Counted from the stretch's first letter, positions 37,334 to 45,537 are shown. The stretch: 64,000 nucleotides of DNA from Vicinamibacteria bacterium (GCA_963555995.3 OY821641.1:311399-375398); one strand, 5' to 3'. Numbers and translations are program-made. Notes: a model not told the origin generated them from the sequence alone.

Positions 37334-37695
37334 GTCTGCGTTCGTCCTCGTTCGGGCTGCTTCCTCTTGCTGGCGTCGGGCGTTTCGCCCCGCGGCGCGG
37401 GGCGATGCCGGTCTGGAGACCGGCGCTCCAACGCATCCAACCGGGCCGTCACTTGGGCGGCCTGGCCAAGCACCTCGGCGCGACTCGCCGCGTGCTCCTC
37501 GGGGGCGATCTTCCCGGCGTCCCTCTCGAAGTCGAGCTCGGCGAGGGTCAGCAGGAGCTGTTCGCGCTTTTCCTGAAGGCGGAGCACGGTACGGTCGGTC
37601 TCGCGGCGTGGCGCGACCTCCGGTCCGGAGAACACCGGCTGGAGCACGAACGCCGTGGCGGCGGCGGCCAGCACCGCGAGCAGGATCAGGGTCAC
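37330..37695 (-). CDS. small single-TM coiled-coil protein (CcmI N-terminal-like), 3' end runs through a REP
   Basis: 'MTLILLAVLAAAATAFVLQPVF' TM, then 'LRLQEKREQLLLTLAELDFERDAGKIAPEEH'. The last 30 or so codons ('LERRSPDRHRPAPRG..') are REP-derived. Confidence 0.55.
   Translation of the reverse strand: MTLILLAVLAAAATAFVLQPVFSGPEVAPRRETDRTVLRLQEKREQLLLTLAELDFERDAGKIAPEEHAASRAEVLGQAAQVTARLDALERRSPDRHRPAPRGETPDASKRKQPERGRTQT
37387..37434 (+). repeat. REP-like module (forward), H1 variant gccccgc-ggc-gcggggc
   Basis: 'gccccgcggcgcggggcgatgccggtctggagaccggcgctccaacgc'. Confidence 0.85.
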
Positions 37696-37713
37696 GCGGT
37701 GGGCGGTCGGGCG

Positions 37714-38199
37714 TCAGCGAATCTGCTCGACGTCGCGCTCGATGCGGGCGAGCACCTCGGGCGAGACCTCGTCGGCGGGGACGGCGGCGGCCGCTCCCGC
37801 CGGGACGGCGTTCCGCCAGCGGCGCAGCATGACGATCGCGAGCACCGCCCCGCCCAGCAGGAACACCCCCGGGAGGATCCATGCCGACAGGTGGAAGCCG
37901 CTGGTGGGCGGCGCCGAGAGGATCACCAGGCCGTAGCGCTCCGCGAACCGGGAGATGATGTCCTCGGCGGCTTCCCCGGCCTGGAGCCGCTCGGCGACCT
38001 CCTCCCGGATGGGCTCCGAGGAGGGGCACCGGTCCATCGCGCACTCGCCGACGATCGCGTTGCAGCCGCCGCACTGGCAGGTGAGGGCGTGGGTCACCCG
38101 CTGGTAGTCGGCCGAGTTGTAGCGCTCCTGGGAGACGACCGGGCCGGCGAGGAGCGCGGCGGCGGCGGCCGCGGCGAGCAGGGAGCGGGCGAAACGCAT
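37714..38199 (-). CDS. ccmH: cytochrome c-type biogenesis protein CcmH
   Basis: Signal peptide, Cys motif 'LTCQCGGC', 'RFAERYGLVILSAPP', C-terminal TM. Confidence 0.8.
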   Translation of the reverse strand: MRFARSLLAAAAAAALLAGPVVSQERYNSADYQRVTHALTCQCGGCNAIVGECAMDRCPSSEPIREEVAERLQAGEAAEDIISRFAERYGLVILSAPPTSGFHLSAWILPGVFLLGGAVLAIVMLRRWRNAVPAGAAAAVPADEVSPEVLARIERDVEQIR

Positions 38200-40208
38200 C
38201 AGACGGCCTCCATGGCGGCGCCGCTCGGGGCCGTGGTGGCGGCCGCCCGGCGGACCGGGGAGCGGTTCGGGAGCAGGGTGAGCACGGTGCCGAGGAACAT
38301 CACCAGCGCCCCGATCCAGACCCAGCGCACCAGCGGGTTGCGGTAGACGTGGACGGTGGCCCGCCCGTCGTCGGTCATGCCCGAGAAGACGAGGTAGATG
38401 TCTTCCTGGAAGGTGGCGTGGCGGCGCACCTCGGAGGTGGCCTGCCCGGTGGCCTTGTCGAGCTGGCGGCGGGGCTGGAAGATGCCGACGGGCTCGTCGT
38501 TCTTCGAGAGGAGGAGCTGCGCGCCGAGCCAGTTGTAGACCGGCGTCTCACCTCCCGGAAGGTCCTGGAGGGTCACCTTCCAGGGTCCGATGCCGGTGCT
38601 CTCGCCGCGGTTCAGGTCGGCGATCACGTCCTTGTTGAAGGCGTTGCCGGCGAACCCGATGAAGAGCAGCACGATCCCGAGGTGGACGACGTAGCCGCCG
38701 TAGCGGCGGTTGTTCCGCTGCACGAGGTCCACGAGCGCGGTCGCGTAGCTGCCGCCCCGGTGGGCGCGCCGGGCGCGCACGCCCCGGTGGAACTCGGAGC
38801 CGATGGTCACCACCACGAAGGCGCTCATCGCGAAGCAGAGGATCGCGTAGGGGTGGCGCATCCCGAAGGCGAAGAGGAGCACGCCGGCGGCGAGTCCGGA
38901 GAGCAGGGGGACGGTGAAGTTCCGCTTGAGGCTGTCCACCGACGAACGCCGCCAGGCGAGGAGCGGCCCCACGCCGGTCATCAGCAGGAGCGCGAGGCCG
39001 AGCGGAACGTTCACCCGGTTGAAGAACGGCGCTCCGACGCTGATCTGCTCGCCCTGCACCGCTTCGGAAAGGACGGGGAAGAGCGTCCCCCAGAGCACCG
39101 CGAAGCAGGCGGCGAGCAGCAGCAGGTTGTTGAACAGGAAGCCCGACTCGCGCGAGACGACCGCTTCCAGCTCGTTTTCGGTGCGGAGGTCCTTGATCCG
39201 GGTGATCAGGAGCGCCGCCGAGAGGATGGCGGCAAAGATGATGAACACCAGGAAGCGCCAGGCGAACTCGGAGGAGGCGAAGGCGTGCACCGAGGAGACG
39301 ATGCCGCTCCGGGTGAGGAAGGTGCCGAAGACGCAGAGCAGGTAGGTCGCGATCACGAGCCCCGCGTTCCAGATCTTCAGCATCCCCTTCCGTTCCTGGA
39401 TCATCACGGAGTGGAGGAAGGCGGTGCCGGTGAGCCAGGGCATGAGCGCGGCGTTCTCGACCGGGTCCCAGCCCCAGTAGCCGCCCCAGCCCAGCTCCAC
39501 GTAGGCCCAGCGGCCGCCGAGCAGGATGCCGCTGCCGAGGAAGAACCAGGCGACGAGCGTCCAGCGGCGGGTGTTGTGGATCCAGGCGGCGTCCAGCCGG
39601 CGGGTCCACAGCGCCGCCACGCAGAACGCGAACGGGATCACGAACCCCACGTAGCCGGTGTAGAGGATCGGCGGGTGGATCGCCATGATCGGGTGCTGGA
39701 GCAGCGGGTTCAGCCCGTTCCCGTCGCGGGGGGTGAACGGGATGGGCCCGGCGGCGGTGATCTCGGCGAGTTGCCCGAACGGGTTGCACACCCAGTAGTT
39801 CATGTAGGCGAAGAACAGGATCACGCCGCCGAGGGTGGCGACCACGTGGGGCATGAGCTCGTCGCGCTTCCGGCCGATGGCGCAGGCCGCCGCGAAGACG
39901 AGCATCAGGAACGTCCAGAAGAGGAGCGATCCGTCGTTCCCGGCCCAGAGCGCCGAGACCTTGTAGTACCAGGGCAGGGCCGCCGCGGAGTAGCTCGCCA
40001 CGTACTCGAAGCGGAAGTCGTCCGCGAGGAAGAGGGCAAGGAGCGCCGCCACCGAGAGCGCCGAGAAGCCTGCCGCGGCGATCAGCGCCCGGCGGGCGCT
40101 GTTCACGAGCTGCGAGGACTGCTTGCTGACCCCGAGGAGCGAGGCGATGACGGCGTAGGCGCACATGACCACCACGGCCATCAGCGAGAAGTTGCCGAGG
40201 TGGTGCAC
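38199..40208 (-). CDS. ccmF: cytochrome c heme lyase subunit CcmF
   Basis: 669-aa polytopic protein with WWD-type 'GWGGYWGWDPVENAALMPWL'. Confidence 0.9.
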   Translation of the reverse strand: MHHLGNFSLMAVVVMCAYAVIASLLGVSKQSSQLVNSARRALIAAAGFSALSVAALLALFLADDFRFEYVASYSAAALPWYYKVSALWAGNDGSLLFWTFLMLVFAAACAIGRKRDELMPHVVATLGGVILFFAYMNYWVCNPFGQLAEITAAGPIPFTPRDGNGLNPLLQHPIMAIHPPILYTGYVGFVIPFAFCVAALWTRRLDAAWIHNTRRWTLVAWFFLGSGILLGGRWAYVELGWGGYWGWDPVENAALMPWLTGTAFLHSVMIQERKGMLKIWNAGLVIATYLLCVFGTFLTRSGIVSSVHAFASSEFAWRFLVFIIFAAILSAALLITRIKDLRTENELEAVVSRESGFLFNNLLLLAACFAVLWGTLFPVLSEAVQGEQISVGAPFFNRVNVPLGLALLLMTGVGPLLAWRRSSVDSLKRNFTVPLLSGLAAGVLLFAFGMRHPYAILCFAMSAFVVVTIGSEFHRGVRARRAHRGGSYATALVDLVQRNNRRYGGYVVHLGIVLLFIGFAGNAFNKDVIADLNRGESTGIGPWKVTLQDLPGGETPVYNWLGAQLLLSKNDEPVGIFQPRRQLDKATGQATSEVRRHATFQEDIYLVFSGMTDDGRATVHVYRNPLVRWVWIGALVMFLGTVLTLLPNRSPVRRAAATTAPSGAAMEAV

Positions 40209-40257
40209 TGCTGGTCCTCGACTCCGGTTCCGCGGTCAGCGGCTCACCGGACGGGCT

Positions 40258-40713
40258 CTAGTCGTCCGTCGCCTGCCGTCCCGCGGGCGGCTTCGCGGCG
40301 GGATCGGTCTTCGTCTCTTCGTAGGCGGCGTCGTACTTGGAGGCGCACTTCGCCTGCACGTGGTTCGCCTCGAAGGAACCGTCCTGGAGGAGGTGTCCCT
40401 CGGCGACCGCCTGCGCCCGGTCCACGAGCGTGTCCGGCAGCGGCTCCCGGCCGGTGTAGAGCACCGCGAGGCGCGAGCCCTCGTGCTCAATCTCGAACCG
40501 GACCTTGCCCTCGCCCTCGGAGGCGATCGTCCCGGGAACCACGTCCCCGGCGACCCGGACCCGCCGGCCCTCGGCGCGCGGCCCCATCGCCCGCAGTTCG
40601 CCGACGGTCTGGTAGTAGGCCTTGCCCTCCTCGACCCCCGTGATCAGGAGGCCGGCCAGCGCCACCAGGAACAGTCCCCCACCCACGAAGAACTTGGCCT
40701 TGCGCACCGCCAT
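40258..40713 (-). CDS. ccmE: heme chaperone CcmE, CxxxY variant
   Basis: N-terminal TM anchor and an OB-fold-like body ('RVRVAGDVVPGTI', 'VLYTGREPLPDTL'). The heme-binding position reads 'AKCASKY' (C123-x3-Y127), not the canonical HxxxY. Confidence 0.85.
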   Translation of the reverse strand: MAVRKAKFFVGGGLFLVALAGLLITGVEEGKAYYQTVGELRAMGPRAEGRRVRVAGDVVPGTIASEGEGKVRFEIEHEGSRLAVLYTGREPLPDTLVDRAQAVAEGHLLQDGSFEANHVQAKCASKYDAAYEETKTDPAAKPPAGRQATDD

Positions 40714-40774
40714 AACGGGACAATCCTACCACCGGCAGGGGCAGGGCGGCCGGACGGGCCGGATCGCGGAGGGC

Positions 40775-40823
40775 CGGGAGCGCCGGTCTTCAGACCGGCA
40801 CGCGGGCCGCAGGCCCGCAGGCG
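40775..40823 (-). repeat. REP-like module (reverse), H1' gcgggcc/ggcccgc
   Basis: 'ccgggagcgccggtcttcagaccggcacgcgggccgcaggcccgcaggcgg'. Confidence 0.85.
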
Positions 40824-40889
40824 GCTCAGCGCCCCTCCCCTATGATCGCGAGCGTCCACTCGCAACCCACTCGCCAACTGGAGGATGTC

Positions 40890-42101
40890 ATGAAGGTCAC
40901 GCGCCGCGAGTTCATCGGCAACGTTTCCGCCGCCGCCGTCGTCGCCCAGCCGGGCACGGCGGGTCCGGCCGCGACCGCCGACGATCCCCTCGGCGTCCGC
41001 GGCGACTTCCCGGTGGTCGAGGAGGGCGTTTATCTCAACTGCGCCTACATCGCCCCGTCGCCGCTCCCGGTCGTCGAAGCCGTCCGGGAGTTCCTCGACG
41101 CGAAGATCCGCAGTCCCCGGAGCCTGGGAGCGATGGTGGACGAGTCCCACGCCGCGCGGCGGAAGTTCGCCCGGCTCATCGGCGCCGGTGAGCATGAGGT
41201 CGCGTTGCTCTACTCCACCAGCGAGGGCGAGAACATCGTGGCCGGGTCGCTCGACCTCCGCCCCGGCGACAACGTCGTGATTGACGATCTTCACTTCCAA
41301 ACCACCTACGTCCTCTACCAGCATCTGGCCGAGACCAGCGGGATCGAGGTCCGCGTGGTGCCGTCGAGCGGCGGCGCCGCGCCGGTGGACGCGTTCGCCG
41401 AGTTCATGGACGATCGCACCCGGCTCGTCTCCGTGGCGTGGGTCTCCAACCAGAACGGGTACCAGCAGGACCTCGCGGCCCTCGCCAGGCTGGCCCACGA
41501 CCGGGGCGCCTACCTCTACGCCGACGCGGTCCAGGGGATCGGCATGCTCGACCTGGACGTGAAAGAGACCGGCATCGACTTGTTCACCACCGGGACCTAC
41601 AAGTGGCTGCTGGCCGGGCACGGCGTGGCGCCGTTCTATGTCCGGGAAGAACTTCTGGATGTTGTGGCGCCGGACCGCTACGGCCATCTCCACGTGGCCG
41701 AGGACCTGGGCGAATACCAATACCGGCTCTACGAGGACGCCCGGAAGTACGAGTACGCAACCCTGGCCTTCGAAGCGGTCTACATGTTGAGCGCGGCGCT
41801 CGACTATCTGCTCCGCATCGGGGTGAAGAACATCGAGCGGCACACGGTGGGTCTGGCGCACCGCCTTCACGAGGGGCTCACCGCCCAGGGTCAGGACGTC
41901 TGGACGCCGCCCGGCAACCGGTCCGCGATCGTCGCCTTCGAGCACCAACGGGACAACGCGATGGTCCGTCGCTCGCTCATGGAGGCGCGCATCAACGTGA
42001 GTCTCCGCGAGGGCGGGGCCCACGTCCGTGCGTCGCCGGCGCTCTTCAACAACGCCGCCGAGATAGACGCGCTACTGGATGTGACGGGGGGCTGGGCGTA
42101 G
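40890..42101 (+). CDS. class V aminotransferase-fold PLP enzyme with twin-arginine signal
   Basis: RBS ggagga. 'MKVTRREFIGNVSAAAVVA' (Tat motif). 'VSVAWVSNQNGY', 'LYADAVQGIG', 'TGTYKWLL' (PLP-Lys region). Confidence 0.8.
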   Translation: MKVTRREFIGNVSAAAVVAQPGTAGPAATADDPLGVRGDFPVVEEGVYLNCAYIAPSPLPVVEAVREFLDAKIRSPRSLGAMVDESHAARRKFARLIGAGEHEVALLYSTSEGENIVAGSLDLRPGDNVVIDDLHFQTTYVLYQHLAETSGIEVRVVPSSGGAAPVDAFAEFMDDRTRLVSVAWVSNQNGYQQDLAALARLAHDRGAYLYADAVQGIGMLDLDVKETGIDLFTTGTYKWLLAGHGVAPFYVREELLDVVAPDRYGHLHVAEDLGEYQYRLYEDARKYEYATLAFEAVYMLSAALDYLLRIGVKNIERHTVGLAHRLHEGLTAQGQDVWTPPGNRSAIVAFEHQRDNAMVRRSLMEARINVSLREGGAHVRASPALFNNAAEIDALLDVTGGWA

Positions 42102-42114
42102 CGGGGCCGCGACC

Positions 42115-42191
42115 GGGACCGCCGGTCTTCAGACCGGCACGCGCAGCGCTCCGCGCCGCGCACGTCGCGACCCCACCCAGCCTTCACGGCC
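42115..42191 (-). repeat. REP-like module, long form (reverse)
   Basis: 'gggaccgccggtcttcagaccggcacgcgcagcgctccgcgccgcgcacgtcgcgaccccacccagccttcacggcc'. Confidence 0.9.
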
Positions 42192-42286
42192 AGACCGCCT
42201 CGGAGCACCGGCCTCCGGCCGCCGCTTCGCTTCGACTTTTCCACATTCGGGTCTCGGGTGGGAAAAATTCGGCCGAATTCTCGTCT

Positions 42287-42784
42287 ATGTCCAGTAGGGA
42301 AGCGGCGCCCTTCGTTTCGCCGCCATCCGCTGGAGGAATCACCGTGGACCGACCAGAAAACAACCCGATAGCCGTGGCTACCCACGAGGTGGCGGCGCCG
42401 CCCTATACTCATCGAAGTGACGGGACGCAGGAAACGATGAACGAGGCGCGGGCGGGAACGGTCGTGACGGATCGGCGACTCTCGCTCGAAAGAGCCCTCG
42501 TGCCAGCGCTCCTGGGCGGGATCTTCGTGATCGCCGGATGGTTCGCCGTCCACGTCTCTGCCCAGACACGCGAGTTGCGGGCGGAAATGGGAGACGTCCG
42601 AAGCGAACTGGGAGAGGTCAAGGGCCGCCTCGACGGGGTGGACCGACGCCTCGACGGGATGGACCGACGCCTCGATGGGATGGACCGACGGATCGAAAGC
42701 CTGCGGGGCGACCTGAACGAGCGGTTGGGGCGCATTGAGGCCCTGCTGATGGAACAGCGCCCTCCGCCGACCTCCGGTCCGTAG
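42287..42784 (+). CDS. hypothetical membrane-anchored coiled-coil protein with heptad (21-nt) repeats
   Basis: TM 'LVPALLGGIFVIAGWFAVHV', then 'GRLDGVDRRLDGMDRRLDGMDRRIESLRGDLNERLGRIEAL'. Start uncertain (alternative Met at about 42436). Confidence 0.55.
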   Translation: MSSREAAPFVSPPSAGGITVDRPENNPIAVATHEVAAPPYTHRSDGTQETMNEARAGTVVTDRRLSLERALVPALLGGIFVIAGWFAVHVSAQTRELRAEMGDVRSELGEVKGRLDGVDRRLDGMDRRLDGMDRRIESLRGDLNERLGRIEALLMEQRPPPTSGP

Positions 42785-42804
42785 GCCCGCCGAGTCACAG
42801 AACG

Positions 42805-42883
42805 GCTTGGAACACGAGTCTCCGACCGGCACGCGCGGCGCTCCGCGCCGCGCACGTCGTGACCCCACCCAGCCTTCACGGCC
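42805..42883 (-). repeat. REP-like module, long form (reverse), degenerate H2
   Basis: 'ggcttggaacacgagtctccgaccggcacgcgcggcgctccgcgccgcgcacgtcgtgaccccacccagccttcacggcc'. Confidence 0.85.
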
Positions 42884-43015
42884 CGGCCGACTCGAACCGG
42901 CCGGACCTCTACCCGCTGCCGCCGGGCCTGTTGTCCGACGAAGAGGTGGCAGCCTTGATGGATGACGCCAAAGGAAACCGGTGAGGATGTAGCTACCTGG
43001 GGCTACAATCGCCGT

Positions 43016-43309
43016 ATGAAAACCGTCGGTATCCGGGTGCTCAAGAACCGGTTGAGCGAGTACGTGCGCATCGTCCAGAACGGGGAACGGGTGACCGTGA
43101 CGAGCCGCGGTGCACCGGTGGTGGACCTCGTTCCGCACGCACCGGACGGGCTTGACCCCGACGACGAACTCCTGCGGCGAGCCCGTGCCGGCAAGGTACG
43201 GCTCGGCCTGCCGAACGTGAAAGCGGTGTACACGCGCCCGCCCGCAAAACGCCGGTTGCCGGATGATGTCGTCGAGGCGCTGCTTGACGAAGTACGGGGC
43301 AACCGGTGA
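43016..43309 (+). CDS. Phd/YefM-like type II antitoxin (VapB position)
   Basis: 'MKTVGIRVLKNRLSEYVRIVQNGERVTVTSRGAPVVDLVP'. Its stop overlaps the PIN gene start. Confidence 0.8.
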   Translation: MKTVGIRVLKNRLSEYVRIVQNGERVTVTSRGAPVVDLVPHAPDGLDPDDELLRRARAGKVRLGLPNVKAVYTRPPAKRRLPDDVVEALLDEVRGNR

Positions 43310-43737
43310 CTCTCTATGCGGAAACGAGCGCGGTCCTCGCGTGGCTCTTCGGAGAAATCCGCGGTCCGGTCGCGCTCGCCGCTCTGAGGAAGAGCGACCG
43401 TGTTTTCGCTTCCGAGCTGACGTTCATCGAAAGCCATCGCGCGATCCACGCTGCCGTCGCGACCGGGAGGCTCGGTCGCGCTCACGGAGACGAGGCCCGG
43501 GAGCAGCTCGAGTCCGAGACGGTTTCCTGGATCGTCCATGACTTCGACGCCGAGATCACTCGCCGAGCGCGACGCGGTTTTCCGCGGGAACCGTTGCGCG
43601 CCCTCGATGCGCTGCACCTGGCCACCGCCATGGAAATCCGGGCGTTTCGCCCGGAGTTGAACCTGTTGTCCTTCGACCGCCGGGTGCGGGAGAACGCCGC
43701 CGCGATGGGGTTCGAGCTGGTGCCGGACGGGATCTGA
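43306..43737 (+). CDS. vapC: PIN-domain toxin (VapC-like)
   Basis: PIN acidic pattern: 'LYAETSAV', 'ASELTFIE', 'LRALDALHLATA', 'LLSFDRR'. GTG start overlapping the antitoxin stop. Confidence 0.8.
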   Translation: MTLYAETSAVLAWLFGEIRGPVALAALRKSDRVFASELTFIESHRAIHAAVATGRLGRAHGDEAREQLESETVSWIVHDFDAEITRRARRGFPREPLRALDALHLATAMEIRAFRPELNLLSFDRRVRENAAAMGFELVPDGI

Positions 43738-43908
43738 TCGACTGGACCACAGAGTTCGGCATCGCGGGCGGCCTGCCGGGACTCGTGCCGATTCCGTGTT
43801 CCAGTGCGATTTGCGTGTCCGGACAAGATGGTGGACACTCCACCGGACAATCTGCGGGACAATACTCAGGACAAACTACGGCCCAACGTTGGCCCGGAGG
43901 GCAGCGCC

Positions 43909-45123
43909 ATGACGACTTCGGGAGAGCGCGAGTACCAGAGGACCCACCCCTGGATCCGCTTCCAGCTCGACCTCCGGAAGGCCGATCCCGGACTCTGGGT
44001 CCTGCTCGGCCAGATCGTCGCCTTTGGCGAGTTCGTGTCCCGGGCGCTGCTGCCTCCGAAGGTGGCTGCGAACCTGGCGCGCCTCTACCTCGCCAAGGGC
44101 GTTCAGGCGACGGTCGCGATCGAGGGCAACACGCTCAGCGAGGAGGAGGTCCTCGCGCAGATTGATGACAGGCTCGAGCTTCCCGCTTCCAGGGAATACC
44201 TGGGCCGGGAAGTCGGGAATGTGGTGGATGCGGCCAACGACATCGTCACGCGCATCCACGGCGGGAACGCCCCGCGGCTCACCGCGGCGTTCGTGGCCGA
44301 CTGCAACGGCCGCATCCTCACCGGGCTTGCCGAAGTGCTCGGGGACGAGGTGGAGCCCGGGCGCATCCGCAAGCACTCCGTCGGCGTAGGCCGCTACCGG
44401 GGGGCGCCCGCCGAGGACTGCGAGTACCTGCTGGACCAACTGGGCGAGTGGTTGGAGGCGATTCCTCAGCTCACGGTCCTCGCCACCGAATCGGACAACC
44501 GCGTCGCAACCGGGGTCCTGCGCGCCGTGCTGGCCCATCTCTACCTTGCCTGGATCCACCCTTTCGGGGATGGCAACGGGAGAACCGCCCGGCTCGTCGA
44601 GCTGTCCCTGCTGGCGCGCGTCCTGCCGTTCCCGTCGACGCAGCTTCTGAGTAACCACTACCACGACACCCGCGCTGCCTACTACCGCGAACTCGACCGC
44701 GCCGGCCAGGCGAACCAGCGGCGCGGCGATGCGATCGGCTTCCTGCGCTACGCCCTCCAGGGACTCTCCGACGGACTCCGGGAGCAGTGCCGGGAGGTGA
44801 CCCGCATTCATCACCGGATCGCTTGGCGTGACTTCGTGTATCGCCGGTTCGACGAGGAAGAGACGTCCTCGGCGGTGCTTCGCCGCCGGCAGCTTCTCCT
44901 CGAGTTGCCGCCCCCCTCGACCCCGGTGTCCAGGGAGCGGATCCCGATCCACAGTCTGAAGCTCGCTCATTCCTATTCCGGCCTGAATCCCAAGACGCTG
45001 GATCGGGATCTGAACTGGTTGATCGAGAAGGGGCTCGTGGTCCGCTCCCCGGACGGCTATGCCGCCAACCGCGGTCTCATGCAGGCGTTCGTGATGCCGG
45101 GTGCACCGGAGGGCGGTACGTAA
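43909..45123 (+). CDS. Fic family protein (class II, intramolecular inhibitory motif)
   Basis: Fic motif 'HPFGDGNGRTAR' and the upstream inhibitory motif 'TVAIEGN' ([ST]xxxE[GN]). The start could also be 43804. Confidence 0.85.
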   Translation: MTTSGEREYQRTHPWIRFQLDLRKADPGLWVLLGQIVAFGEFVSRALLPPKVAANLARLYLAKGVQATVAIEGNTLSEEEVLAQIDDRLELPASREYLGREVGNVVDAANDIVTRIHGGNAPRLTAAFVADCNGRILTGLAEVLGDEVEPGRIRKHSVGVGRYRGAPAEDCEYLLDQLGEWLEAIPQLTVLATESDNRVATGVLRAVLAHLYLAWIHPFGDGNGRTARLVELSLLARVLPFPSTQLLSNHYHDTRAAYYRELDRAGQANQRRGDAIGFLRYALQGLSDGLREQCREVTRIHHRIAWRDFVYRRFDEEETSSAVLRRRQLLLELPPPSTPVSRERIPIHSLKLAHSYSGLNPKTLDRDLNWLIEKGLVVRSPDGYAANRGLMQAFVMPGAPEGGT

Positions 45124-45185
45124 CCGGCATTCCCCGGGACCTTCTTCCACCAGCCCGCTACCGGACCAGGAACGCCCCGCGCTCT

Positions 45186-45395
45186 CACAGGTTCCGCCGC
45201 CGCCGTATCTCGTCCTGACCAGGACCTCCGCAGGTAGGACGACAGCACCGGATCAACCAGCGTCCAGCGCCCGTCGTCGTTCCGGTCCAACATATGTTGG
45301 AACAAGGATCATTGGTCCAACAGATATGGAAGCCACGTCTTCCTCGGGGCGGTGCGCCCGGGGCACGGGGGCGCCATGCCTGCCGGTTGCCCGTC
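45186..45395 (-). pseudogene. internally deleted remnant of the orf110-end/ATPase_2 locus found intact at 56.5-57.8 kb
   Basis: 45223..45286 aligns with 56528..56591 (ATPase 3' end; encodes '[21 protein letters not shown]' versus '[21 protein letters not shown]'). 45287..about 45395 aligns with 57682..about 57790 (ATPase start and upstream region). About 1.09 kb of coding sequence is missing. Confidence 0.8.
45287..45300. promoter_or_regulatory. perfect 14-bp palindrome 'ccaacatatgttgg' (imperfect counterpart 'ccaatacatattgg' at 57682..57695)
   Basis: Read directly. Conserved in both copies of the ATPase upstream region, and followed by 'ttggaacaaggatcattgg(t/tt)c(c)aa'. Confidence 0.35.
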
Positions 45396-45537
45396 CTCGA
45401 TCCGCGGGAAGTCGCCGGGCAGCACGTCCTCGAGCCGGTTGGTCCGCTGCCAGACCGGGAACGCCCCGTGCGCCCTCAGGTCCCGCCGCCGCGACCGCGA
45501 TCGCGCATGGGTGACAATTGCCCGCGGAACCGAGGCA

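Noticed and set aside
45057-45305. An 82-aa minus-strand ORF, '[28 protein letters not shown]...'.
   Set aside because: It is not an independent gene. It is the junction of the ATPase start region with the last 23 or so codons of the ATPase, so it is a deletion remnant. It then reads on, without the native stop, into the Fic 3' end in antisense.
45352-45537. A 62-codon N-terminal extension of hsdM in the ORF track.
   Set aside because: The extension is Arg/Ser/Pro-rich and overlaps the repeat shared with the ATPase upstream region. The conserved HsdM N-terminus begins shortly after the ATG at 45538.
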